Shown piece after piece: positions 1-12,600 of a stretch of DNA of 64,000 nucleotides (position 1 is its first letter; each line of letters starts with the position of its first letter). Location: the NCBI GenBank assembly GCA_036172245.1, contig JAYWIR010000018.1:1488001-1552000 (forward strand), given 5' to 3'. This DNA comes from Raillietiella orientalis (taxonomy: Eukaryota). A model generated the notes under the pieces. It was not told the origin of the DNA. It was given only the letters and a program-made list of their open reading frames with translations, and did no database searches. Position numbers and translations under genes: made by a program.

Positions 1-3000
1 AATGGGATCTTTATCGTATTAAGGGAGAGACTCAACGAAGACAAAACACAAAATTACACTTTAGCAGCTTGCTTTATTGATAGATTTATTGATTAATGGA
101 TTTATTGAAGAATTATTGATTATTAGCATTCATTGAAGATCTTGTACTATTGCTCAGGCAAATCTTGTAGTATAAGTATGAATCCATATGGGAGTTCATT
201 CCAGAATAAATAGCACCACAATAAATGGAGTTACTTTAAAAATACAGAATTAATTTGCAATTCCATCAGAATGGTATTTCTGGAAAAGTCAAGCTGAAAG
301 TAAGGAAAAAACAGTAACAAAAAGTTTTTCAGCTTCAAAGTGGAACAGCAATGAATTCAACACTCTAATTTAAACCCCAATGATCAAAGCACAAAGACCT
401 AACATATAAGTGAATAAAGCATTGCAAAGACTCCATTTCTCATCTGGGAAATGTATGCTTTTTAAGTAATTTACACTCCATGCAACAAACCTTGCAGCAA
501 ATTACAGAGAATTCAACAAAATACTTCTGATGTGTACAGTATGAGGTATGTAGCTTTGTACAGTATACTTTCGAACTGGATCTTGTTTGAATCTACATGA
601 GAATTTTGAAAATATTTAAGGTCTTTGATTTCTTAAAACGGAATATGCCATTTATGAGCCGCTCTGACTAAATAAGATATAAAACGTACCCATCGCACAT
701 ATGCGTCGTATTTCGCCTAAGGGAATGCACTAGAAATATCTTGAAATTATCATCTACAGCCGGACATGTCAAAGTTGCCAACAAAGGGAGAACTTAAAAC
801 ATCTGGTGATGATGACCCAAATTCACACTTAGACCATACCAACTTGCAATTAGGTGTGTGAGACATGAGAATCCCACATCAATCGACTATTCTTTTCTCA
901 GTCCATCTTTTAAAACTTAATTTTAAATATCACAGCTTGAGCACTCGGAACCAATAGGAGCACTTGAAGATTTTTGACTATTGAATTAAATATGAATATA
1001 AGTGCTATGTCTTCGAAAATTCATTCTTCTCCATTCTCCTGGAATTATGAATGAATACTGATGTACGTTTTATTTCTATATTGTTTTTTCAGTAATTCTC
1101 CTTGAAGTACTGAAATAATGACTGGTTTCTCCGTTTGGGGATCCTTATGAAATACTATCAAAAATGTTGTAATTAAAAGTATTGGAATATCATTACGTTT
1201 TGGTTCCGCTAGCGCTTGCTAAGTTGTTCCTTTACGAAATAGTAAGAAAAGCTTTTGTATATTGGAATTGACCGTATTACGGTAGAGAGAGTAACGTATC
1301 TGTACCTCCTTTTCTAGGGATGAATAAAAGAGAACATTTATATATCGAGGAAACTTCCGATTCCTCCTTGATATTGACCAATCCAAGACTCCTATAAAGC
1401 ATAAATTTCAACGTGAGTAAGCAATTCTCAAGTTGACTAAAACAAAGAACTGTCCAATGATGAAACCACTGAGTTCTAGAAAAACAATAGTTTGTTGAAT
1501 ATCATTATGTGATGTGTAGATATATTGGGCATTTAATAATATTGGGCTTTTGCTTTCTAAGAATGCTTACATGTAAAGAAATAAACGCGGTCACAAATGG
1601 AAATATTATCATAGACATAAATTCTGCCAAAATGTGTTGCTTTCTGGGTTTCAGAATCATATTTGGAAATCCTGTGGATGATTTTTTTTTTTTTTTTTAT
1701 GAAGAAAAACGAGAATTGTCAAAATTGTACCAGAAAAGCTAGCAATCGGAAAGCAATTAGCTCAAAAAAGTTCGAATATACGAAAGTATTGTAGACTAAA
1801 GTCTACAGGCAGACTGAACAAGCTGTATGGCTTGACAATAAGTACATTGAAAAATGTATAAAAAGGAGAAATATAGTAAACCGAGGTAGTCACGCTTTTT
1901 GCCATTGACTGACAAAAAGTGGCTTTGAGGCAGAAAAAGGAAACAACCGAGAATAGAACAGAATTTTGATTTTAGATGTTTTCCTTAGTTAGAAAATAAA
2001 GCGATCGTAAATTATTTCAGATTTACCCCACAAATGTTCGGGCATGGATTTTTTCCTGAGGATTTATGCAAAGATTTAAGAAATTGAGTCTAAAATGCGA
2101 TTAGCGTGGACGGCTTGGACGCAGATTAATGCGGTTACATGGACAGCTGGATGAGAGATATTACTGGATATTTTGGTTTCTCTCTTTTGTTCCTGTCAAA
2201 AGAGTAGATGAATCTGAATTGAGTATCAGAATATAATCTCGGGAAAACATTTCCCTACGATCACATTCAGTATATTGGGCGCATTCCAGTGTTGATCCTG
2301 ACTGAAAACGAATAAGTAAAACTGTTGGCATGGTAACTTATGCACAATAATTCGTTTTGCTATTGATTACTGTCCGTAGTAGTCCGAAAACAAACGGTTA
2401 TCATGTGGAATCATATCAAGTGCACGGCATTCCTTTTTGCCGAATTTATCCAAACATACTTTACAAACTCCGTTTTATTGTTATTTTAGGTAAAGTGTAC
2501 AGTTACCATTTCATTTTATACAATCGTGGCAGGCATATTTATATTATTCTTATTTTAATCAACTGTCCTTTTTTGATGTCTGTGAAGTTACATACACCAT
2601 ACATTTTTTTCTGTGATGCATCTCCAAACTTTTAATAAGGAAATTCAGTTCTCAGAAGGAAGAGTTCATTTAAACCCCTCCCTCCTTTATTGGTCTCCTA
2701 CTGAAGAGTGAGGAGCAAAAGTATTTTATGAGTATGAATTAAGTGCCAGGAGCAACAACCAGTTGGCTTTCGGATCTCAATTTGCCCAGAAACCAAATTA
2801 TTCGAATTTTTTCCTTTTTCCATTTTTTTCGGTTAAATCAAACACATGCACAATAGTTAAAGTTGCTAATCGCAGGCTCGTATTGACTGAAATACCCAAT
2901 AGAGATTAAATCCCCTCAGATGCCGAAGTAAGGGATATTCTCTAATTGTTCTGGGAGACTCTTAGAGATTTTGCAGTAGTCCAAGTCCATAATACTGCTT

Positions 3001-3494
3001 TTGGACTTGTTATGTTACCATCACACGAATGAATGTTACTTTAAATGAAATGTGAATAAATTCGTAATTGTTGACATCGATGAATTAAATTGTAGACACC
3101 TTAATTTTGCTCACTCCAAGGCATCGACAAAATAATTCGAGTTTTATTTTACACCGACTTCAACGAAATTCTCGAAAACCCCAATGATGAAAGCATAATG
3201 AAAAAACCTTGGCAAACGTAAAGTAAGTAAAATTAAGGTTTCTTTGTCATTACGAAAAACGCAACTTTCAGAATCGCTGTGAAACGTGTGACCATCGAAA
3301 TTTTCCCCAAGGTTTACTTTTTCCTAGCAGTTTCCAGCTTCAGCGAGTGCAAGGCTGCAGGAAAGAATCTGCAAGGTTTCGGTGGTTTTGAAAAGTTGCG
3401 CTATGAGGTATTGATCCAAGGGCAGTAGTCAAAACTGTTTCCCTGCTCATGGTGTACCGTTAGAACAGTCGCGTATTAGATTTAACGACTGCAA

Positions 3495-4861
3495 ATGAGC
3501 GAATCATTTTTGGAGATAGCGCGAAAGTTCAATAATTTTTTGCTCAGCGGTAAATCTAAAATATAATAATGTTTTAGTTATTAGTTATTGAAATTTAATG
3601 TCTGCCTTTGTAGGGTGCAAAAATGATGTTATTCAACCCTTCATCGTGTGTGGTCACACAGTAGGTTACTTGAAAGGAAAAGTAATTGAAGAGTTGAAAG
3701 TATACCGTGATGTATTTAATTTTCATTCCGATCAAGTTGAGCTCAATCCACAGTTAAATACGTATGACAAAAGAAGCCTGAAAATAGAAGACACCCTTAA
3801 GGAAATGCGAAAGCAAAAAAAATTCCGGTCAGCTTTAGAAGGCTGGAGAAATGAGGTAATCTTGAATCTGGTAACCCGTATGTTTGCTAATGGGGTGATC
3901 AGTGTTATGAAGTGAAGGCAGCTTTTGACACCAAACCTCTGCTGAAAATGGAAAGAGCTGCTACATGCAAGTATCTATGTGCTCTTAGTAATTGTGATGT
4001 CAGAACCTGCACAAAATAAACCTGGAATCATATGACAGGCTTATTTGGGATCCGCCAATGTGGAGTGGACATCAATGGCTATGTGAAACATCCCCAACTG
4101 GGTCTCTGTGTATGGATACAAAAACGAGCTTTAAACAAGCCTACATGGCCAGGCAAATATGATAATATGGTCAGTTCACTCCCATGCGTGTATGGTTTTA
4201 TTCAAACTCTTGAACTAAAGCACAAAAGGATAGATGAGTTAAGAATATTTCTGTTACAGGTGGCTGGGGGATTGACAGCTGGATTGACAGTGGAGAAATG
4301 TGTTCATAAAGAGGCAGAAGAGGAAGCTTCCATTCCATCAGAACTCCTCAGTTGTTTGCAACCTGCAGGCTCTGTCTCGTGAGTGTTGCATACAGAAAAT
4401 TTGCACATTTAGATCACATAGCATCTTTTTTGAGAGTGAACGAGGTCTTTTTCCCAATACAGAATTCATATTTGATTTGGAGCTTCCTTTGGACTTTGTT
4501 CCCACCAATAAAGATGGAGAAGTGGAAAGTTTTACTTTATTCCCAGCACAGGTAACATGGTACAGGTAATGTAATCTAAGATACATACTAATATTGGAAA
4601 CAGGAGCTGTCTACCATTGTTCGTGGTCCAGATTTCAAAACAACTAGTTGTCCAGTAGCACTGGATTTTCTTATTCGACATGGGGTGATCAATATCAAAA
4701 ATGGTAAGCAGTTGAATCACTGGGGACATCTATGAGATTTTCCAGAAAAACAACTAACGGAAATAGTTGAATTGCTGCATGTCCCATTGCACATACTCTT
4801 TGAAAATTCATCTTTATGTAAACAACTTGCTAAGTGCAAGGTGCATTCTCGCCATGAATAG
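3495..4861 (+). CDS. Nudix hydrolase, YJR142W / plant NUDT20-like family, about 318 aa, 8 exons
   Basis: Exons 3495-3549, 3614-3855, 3903-3966, 4039-4169, 4260-4378, 4422-4551, 4604-4703 and 4746-4861 join in frame (957 nt, ATG to TAG). Family motifs: GWRNE-CYEV, MERAATCLFGIRQCGVDINGY, WIQKRALNKPTWPGKYDNMVAGG, Nudix box GLTAGLTVEKCVHKEAEEEASI, FDLELPLDFVPTNKDGEVESF, DFKTTSCPVALDFLIRHG. Confidence 0.92.
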
Positions 4862-4915
4862 TCTCAACAAAATGAATTGGGACACAGTGTCGATACAACT
4901 GAAAATGAAGTTTTT

Positions 4916-5994
4916 TCAGCATGCAAGTGATGAACTTACTAATGCTTTGCGCACTTCCTTTTCATCTTTGGCATCTCTTAATGTATGTAAATACAAATCT
5001 GTTCCTCTGTTCACCTTGATCAAAAGCTGATCGATTAATATTGTTCTCAAAGTCCTTAAATAAATCACATGCTGTATAGCTTCCTGTCTGCATTCAACAG
5101 ACAATGGACGTGCAAGCCATTTGTCTTCTCGGTTCCTATGTTGCTCCAATGTAATGCCTAAGTAATTCTCAATACATGCAGAAAGGGATTCAGGTCGATA
5201 AATTTTATCTTTGGAAGCTTTATCAATCATAGCAGCCACTTGGACATCAAACACATTAGTCAAATTAACATTATAAAGGTGGTATAAGCAGTCGGAGGCT
5301 TGCCGCACATCATAAAATACTTTCACAATGGTCTTGTCCTCCAAAATTCTTTGCAAACCTTTTTCAAAAGCTTCTACTCCCAAACTAACGATATCAAACA
5401 GAAAAAGTCCATGTTTGCAAGTTACAGCCAACAATGCAAGTTTGCCAATGCGACTTATTTTCACTCCTTCCACTGATACTCCAAGAATTTCACTGCTTTC
5501 TAGCATTTTAATCTATGCAATCATTGCAATAACATTTAAGAATAGCATTTCATCAGCATTACTCTATGACTTACCACCTCATCAAACTTTACATCAAGTT
5601 GATCAATGATTTTATCTACCCCATCATGACCAGGATTTGAAAGAAGTGATTCCTCAGGAGCCCCTTTCTGTAGTGGTTCATCAGGTAATGAAGTATCAGA
5701 GGTTCCTATAGCTTTCCTCAAACTAATAGCAGCAACAACATCTTGATAAGATGCTAATTCCACTGGAAAACAAATATGGAAGGTAAACTAGATTCTCTTA
5801 CAAGAAATGATTTCCTTTTTGTAAAAACGTGAGGTTCCCATCAATTGTTTGCCATCAGTTAGTGAATGTGCACGTACTAAACTTAACATTGTCTGACTGC
5901 CACTGTGAACTGTACCAAAATAGCCACCCTCAAAACAATACAAAACAACTGTTTTTCCTTTCAAGGACCCAAAATCAATGTAAGTCAAGTCCAT
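4916..5994 (-). CDS. EXD1: EXD1-like piRNA biogenesis protein (N-terminal Sm/Lsm-like region plus degenerate DEDDy 3'-5' exonuclease domain), about 325 aa, 3 coding exons
   Basis: Exons 5994-5802, 5762-5575 and 5512-4916 join in frame (978 nt) through GT-AG introns. ILGVSVEGVKISRIGKLALLAV, KVFYDVRQASDCLYHLYNVNLTNVFDVQVA and WLARPLS match EXD1 motifs as I recall them (SVAAEG..RHGKLCWLQVA; KVIHDCR..SDCL..QY...L.NVFDTQVA; W..RP). Confidence 0.85.
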
Positions 5995-8390
5995 GGTCAG
6001 AAACTTTTTTAGGCAACTTATTTCTGTTTAAACTGAAAGTTCTAATCACGTTTCTCAACAAAACGAGGGTGAGCTGTTGAATACGTGCAAGCTTTATACA
6101 AAAACATTCCAAGAATGACATGAACAAGAATCACTGCACATATTGCTGATGACACACTGCTGGCCAACTCATTTCTGAAGAATAGAACTAAAAAGAAAGT
6201 TCATTACACTACTCATGTTCAAACATTGCGTCTTGCAATTTTTTGGATAAAGACAGCTACTATCAAATGTTATCACTAAGAATTACAAATATGAAATGAT
6301 ACGCAATCCCTCATTTCAATTTGTAACCACTAGTGGGCTCCGACAATTTGGAAGGTCATGCATGTATTTTAAAAGCTGAATTCACTGAACTTTAAGTAAT
6401 TCAATGAATGAACTTTTACTTCAAAAAGTTCTTATTTTACGGAGCAATTAAAATTGTATAAGTCTTACAAGTACTGATGATGGGTAACATTATAAGCTTC
6501 ACCGAAAACGAAGGCATACTTACGGTCAAATATGCATAACTTTGATATGAAAAATGTAAAAATTGGTCCAAGAACAAAGAGGATGGTGTAAATCAGCACA
6601 CTTTTTAGTATTTGCAGTTCTTCATTCTAAAATATGCCCTCAATAATTTCAGTTAGGCAAGTAGAGACTTTTGTACATAATGACTTCCACAAAGAAAAAC
6701 GATAATTCTGACAGAACCTATAAATAATGAGCCTTTCTCAAGAGCAAAAGAACAAAAAGAAAAAACAGTTAATACAGCTACACATAACGTTTGGTTATTT
6801 ACAGCAAACGTTCTTTTCATTTATGCTGAAAGTAAAATGACATACCATATTTGACCTCGACACATAATTTTCTACAGATGTCTGCCACATTCTTTATTCA
6901 AGGATTTACATTACATTGAAAAATGAGTTTTTTTCATTCATGAGAGTGGAAATTACTTATTTAATCAAAGATCTTTCAACTACATAGAAAGACAAATAAA
7001 AAAAGATGAAAATCTTAATAAAATTGATAGAACAAATTCTTATATAATCATTTATTACTATATTTGTCTGATAACTAAATTTTTCATCTCTATTAGAGAA
7101 TAAAGATGCAAAAATTTAGTTTCTAATGAATTTTCTTATATTTTCAATAATTTTCATATAAGAGAATGGCCGAAGTGAGGATCCATTGTTGATTCATAAT
7201 TACTATAAATGTATTCAACTCGTATAAATGTATTCAATTCTTCGAATAGTGAGCACTGAAAGTGCATCTATCCACGCAAATGAAAATTCAACTAAATTTC
7301 TAGTTGATTTTGAACTTTTTATTTTGAATTTATTACATATTACTAAAATTGTTTTTCTTTATTTTTGAAAAGAGAAAAATTCTTTTACAAGAGAAACTTT
7401 GTTTAATTGTATCTTGTGTGCTTGTCTTTTATAGGGAAAGTGAATTAAAATTCTATTCAGAGGACAGCTTTTCTTTGTGGACTAGCTTTCTAAATTCTCG
7501 AAAAATAATGCTTTTCATTGATGATGTGAGTAGCTTCTAAAACTTCGAACTTTTTTCTTTTGTAAACTTGGAACTCACAGCAACGGAAACATCAACATCT
7601 CGTTCGTGAATCGTCCTGTAGCACGGGATTTTAAAAGTATTTTTGCATTTGGAGTCAATTAACCTTTAACAAAAAGATTATTTTTAATTCCGTTTTCTAA
7701 TTTTTTTTTTATAGAGTAAACGATTGATCCAATTTGAGGTTCGTCAAATGCAGCTACAGATTTTTCTGTCATCGTCAATAATGCATTCTCCTGTAAAGAT
7801 GAATGTAAATCAATAGTCACTAATAATTTTCGTGATAGCCACAGCATTGTTTTTTGATTTATGTAGGAGAAAATATGCGTATTCGTAATAATTCTAACAT
7901 AATTTTGATTTTAAAATGGCTTGCCTGATTCAGCATTCAAACAAGATGTGAAGTATGCATGGGCTGACTGAAACCACTGTGTCGAGTATTTCGATTAGAA
8001 CGAGGTCTTTGTCTTTTAAAATTTGCACAAAGAATTCTTTTTTGTTTTATTGTAATTTTAAAGTGTGTGTAATAAATAATGTTATTTTAAACATTTTTCG
8101 TAAACCAAGGATTTTTTGAAGTGACTGTAAGTCAATAGCAGATACAAGTCAGCTGACTTGCTGTTTTCTGTTTTCAAAATATCGAAGATTGCCACAATGT
8201 TTTAATATCTTGGGTATCCAAAGCTGATAAAAGTGGTTCGTAGCGTTCCTCTTAATGCTTGCCTTGTGTGTCAAATTCAAGGAAATAAATACAAAACAAA
8301 ATAACAAATACAACACATCATGGACAACTTGCTGGAGACTGAAGTAACCTCAACGGTAGTTCATGTTTGTGCCATATTTTAGGTTGCAAC

Positions 8391-9649
8391 ATGAAAGATA
8401 ACAGTGATCAGCAGAAGGTGAGACCTGCGGATCTCCCTATATATAGCGATGCCGAGAATTCAGACGAGTAGGTTCGAATATTACTTACAAAATGTCAAAG
8501 CTTTTTTTAATTATTATTGCACAAAACTATTTTAATGTAAGAAACTATATTGCAATACTAATTTGTTTTATTTTAAAGTACTTTGATATGTGGATTTTTG
8601 CTGCTGATCTTTTAAACGATTTAATATTTTTGATACCAAATTATAAATGTACATGTTGATGTTAAGGTCAATGTTTCATATCACAACACTAACCAGTTAT
8701 GCAGTTAATTGCATTCTAGGTCTAGACCTGAGTATTATGTTGACTCAACAGGTTTACTGTCATCCCTAAGGAGTATTCGGCAGAATGTATCAGAAAAGTG
8801 CAATGTCATAAAAAACTACAAGGGAGTTATTGATAAGTATGGAGACAGAATGACAAGAATCTATGAAACTTCAGTTGCACATTCAAAAGGTATAATGAAA
8901 TTTCCTTCAGGGATATGACTACATGCTTGATGCAAAATGAATTAGTTGGTACTCTTTTCAAAACTGATGGTTTTCACATTGTATCTTGTCCATTGAACAT
9001 TTATGATTTGGTCTAAGCAGATGTAAAAAGTTTGTTACAGAATGTTTCACCATTTGCAAGGCATATTTATTCATCAATTTAATGTTCTAGGTCTTTTAAC
9101 GAATCTTCAAGATGAAGATACTGTTGGAATGAAGTTCAGTGCAATATGCACTTCTGCATTATTAGGGGTTATTTTTGCAAGGCGTGGCTATTGGCGGAGG
9201 TTTTTTTATGGAACATTAGCAGCAGGAGGTAACTATGCATCTTGTTAAATGGAATTTTCAGTTTTTTTTTAAGGAATGAGTGCAGTCTGCTTTCCAAAAC
9301 AGTCTGAAAGTTATTCAATGAAAAGTCTTGAGATTTCCAAGAGATATATAGCAATCTTATACAATTTCATTGTTGGAGGTAAAGTTGTAGCATGAATTAT
9401 GTAAATAGTACGCATGTACTTTAGCAAGACCAGATGCTGAATCAGAAACAGAGGAAACTGCTCTAGATAAGTTTGGTGAGGAACATTCTGACATAACATA
9501 TTGGGGATTTCGCTTCATTCGTTAATTAAATTGTAGTTTTCTCTTGATGTGAATTTGATCAGGAAGTTTTGCATTGATTATGCCGTCATGATTAATTTAC
9601 ATTTTTAGGTAGTTTATTATCAGCAATGAATAAGTCTTCACAGAAGTGA
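8391..9649 (+). CDS. APOO: MICOS complex subunit MIC26/MIC27 (apolipoprotein O family), about 193 aa, 6 exons
   Basis: Exons 8391-8467, 8720-8889, 9091-9228, 9274-9378, 9425-9475 and 9609-9649 join in frame (582 nt). Motifs: KVRPADLPIY, hydrophobic AICTSALLGVIFARRGYWRRFFYGTLAAGGMSAVCFP, and YNFIVG. The start codon and the last exon are less certain; reading through the last intron would stop near 9526. Confidence 0.8.
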
Positions 9650-12600
9650 TTTTCAAGGCAAATAGGAATAATCAAGTTTGGGTGTGAGTTTGGTTTTCAC
9701 AGAAGTATGCATCTTATTTAGTACATCTGTATGGAGACATGCTCTCCCAGCTGGATTGTTCAGAAAACATTAGCATTTTAATTTACTAATGATAGTTCTG
9801 GAAGAAATAAATTTTTTTTTTTTTTTTTCTAGTGAAAGCAGTGATTCCAGTAATAATTTTGTGAAGGGTAGCTACAGCTTCTGCAAGCAACTTACAATTT
9901 CTATCAAACGTAGTTTTATTGAAATTGTAAGTTCGTTGAAATCCGAGGTTTTGTAAACCGATTTTGATCAACTTTTTATTAACATTAGGTATAGCAATCT
10001 TCAAAATCCAGTTTTCATTAATAGTCAGGTATTAGAATTCAAGCTGATTCGGATTCTTATCGGATTGCATGATTAACATAGTGGTATTATGGTATATTCA
10101 TGGCTTTCAAGCGTGTGTTTTGGTCATGAGCCTGGGGTTGCTATGTGATACTTCTAAATAAATGTATTGGATTGTTCGTGTTATACATTCATGTAGTTCG
10201 CTTATGCTATCATATGAGTCTCTTCTATAAAATTTCCATTACTTTTTATATTGTTGTAGCAGTGTTACAAGTTTCAGAAATGCTTTTTCCTATAATGTGT
10301 TAACTATTAAAAGAAAAAAAACTGTCATCGTCAACATAAAGGAACAGTGGAGACATTAACCAGACTACGGAATATGATTGAGGACGCATTTGGTTCAAAT
10401 GCTCCACTGTAGATAATTTGTCTAACCAGTAATTATTATGATAAAGAATTCGGTCAGTGTTTGTCACACTTTGATGGCATGGTGTGTGCATTTCTCTTAA
10501 TTCTCGCTATCTTTCCCGTGATCGGATACAGCATCAAGGCGAATGCATTAATCACGGATTCCATTTTAAGTATTATTTGTAACCAGTTTTAGAATTTTTA
10601 CCTACAACTCAACACTTCCGGCAGCAACTTATGGTACGTAAGCGTCCATGGTTGTGCATGGAGTTTTTATTTTGTTCAATTTTTCAAAAAAATTCAAGCA
10701 AGTGAACGACATATTTGTTTCCTTATTTCAATTCGAAAGTAAATGATTCCTCAGTCTTCAATTAATGTAGCTTTCCGTTTGTTTCTTTTCATTTTTCATT
10801 ACTTCAGGTAACTCCTCCCTTTAAGTAGTTCCATCACGTTTATAAACTTTGTGCTCAGGAAAGATAGGCAGTCACTAGGGGGCAAAATTGGTAAAAGCAA
10901 AACAAAACACATGTGGAAAGATTTTTTGTGGAACCGTTGAGTATTCGCCGAGAGCATCCATCGTTTAATTTGGTATTGCTTCACGGCTGATATTAAGCAC
11001 TGGAGACCTGGAGGCACCGGAGATCCTCGGTTTATTGCACCCTCTCCTTTCAGTAAATCACCTGTCTCTTCGAAACTGTTTGAAATAGGTTTTCAGATGT
11101 AAGACGGTACAAACGTTGCTGGTCCTGCACATGCTGCGCATGTTTCGGAAGGCATTTTGCTTCCACCATTGAGTATTCTGAACTCAGTTGACGAGCAAGA
11201 AGCGTGTACGGTGCATATCATTAGCAGTGTTTGATGCTGCAGTCAGTATGAGCTGCGAGCTGAGGACCTCGAGTAAGCTTCGTGTTTTGAAATCCTGTCA
11301 GGATCGTGGGATTCTTACCAGTGTGGATGCATCTGAGCTGATTCCGAGTATTCTGCTTGTAATTTCTGAATAAATCTTAAGGTTCCCCTTTGATTTCTGA
11401 ATGATGTTGAACCATGTGTAATTATATTTCGGGGGATTCGTGACAGCCTGACTCATTGAACAGAGGTCCATGAATTTGAAAATCAATTTAAACTACATGG
11501 TTGTGCGGATCTGCTAGCATTGTCATTAGTTGCTACGTAAATCATCCGGAGCATTCCTAGGAATATGATTTTGCTCAGTAGAAGGTTATTATGCTTATGG
11601 TGTGTTTATGAAGGATACAGAGTTTTTTGTGACTGCTCTGCCTTTTTGCTTGAAAGAGTGCTGTTGTGGTTTCCCCTCTACGGGGTAAATGTCTTGGTGT
11701 GAGGTACCACTGCTTTCACGCCTTCCATGTTTGACAAATTGTTTCACGTCCTCGACAAAAATATACGTTTCTGGAAGCAAAGAATCACGACTTTGTCAGT
11801 ACTTTCGGATTCCGAACCCATGAGACACCGATCTGTCCAGGTCTACTAGATAAGGTCAAATCTGCCGGATCTGAGCTGTCCAGTCTTTCAGGTATCCCGT
11901 CCAACAGATAGTAATCCACACTACAAGCAGCCTTCGGCCTCGGATCGTTGCAGTCTACTTTGAGCAGGAGTTCCATCGCATTGGCTAGATTTCCAAACTT
12001 GTGTGTAGTGGCGATCGAAGATCAAACAGGGGTTCTTTGATGCATGAAGTTGTTCCGGTGGAAGGGTCAACTGTGATCGGTCGCTCACTCCGAATCATCA
12101 GAGGAGCATCTTCCGAGAACTCCTACAATGCGAGGTTCGGTGGAAACTTGATCCCAGTCACAACAGCAGCCTGTTGTGGAAGGATTTCCCGTGCCCTCGG
12201 AAATGCTGGAAGACTTCTCTAAGTGCATGAATTGTGCGACTTGCAAGTTGACTGAGAGACAGGATGCAAAGCCACCGCGAAAGGGCGGCCGTTCCAAATC
12301 GGGGTTGCCGCAGAATTTCTCGTCCGGTGTCAAAATTCCTTTCCTCGTCACACAAGTCTCGGGACAGGGTCCTTGCTCTGATGCGCTGCTGTTGCCACTA
12401 GAGACCGCCGTTTTTCTTCCTCTTTCAACGTGGGGTGTCTTGTCTTCCAGCGTCACCCCCTCGTTGCCCTGTTTGAAGAATTTCCCCCATCACGATGAGA
12501 AATACACGTGTGTGTGTGTGTCTGTGTGCGCGCGCACGCCCGCACGTTTCCCCTCCGGTAAAGCCTAACATATCCTTCATCGAATAATCGGAGGTGCTGT

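Noticed and set aside
1..3400. Possible additional gene(s) in the AT-rich left end (exon-like 1318-1412 on +; short ORFs 1509-1742 and 2357-2635)
   Set aside because: I could not assemble a consistent reading frame or recognise any protein family. A gene may still exist here.
7204..7237. Short two-copy repeats (19-bp period here; 25-bp period at 24362-24401)
   Set aside because: Ordinary slippage duplications with no further structure.
8320..8382. Upstream ATG (8320) as the MIC26/27 start
   Set aside because: Splicing 8343^8383 leads to an immediate stop. It is at most a uORF.
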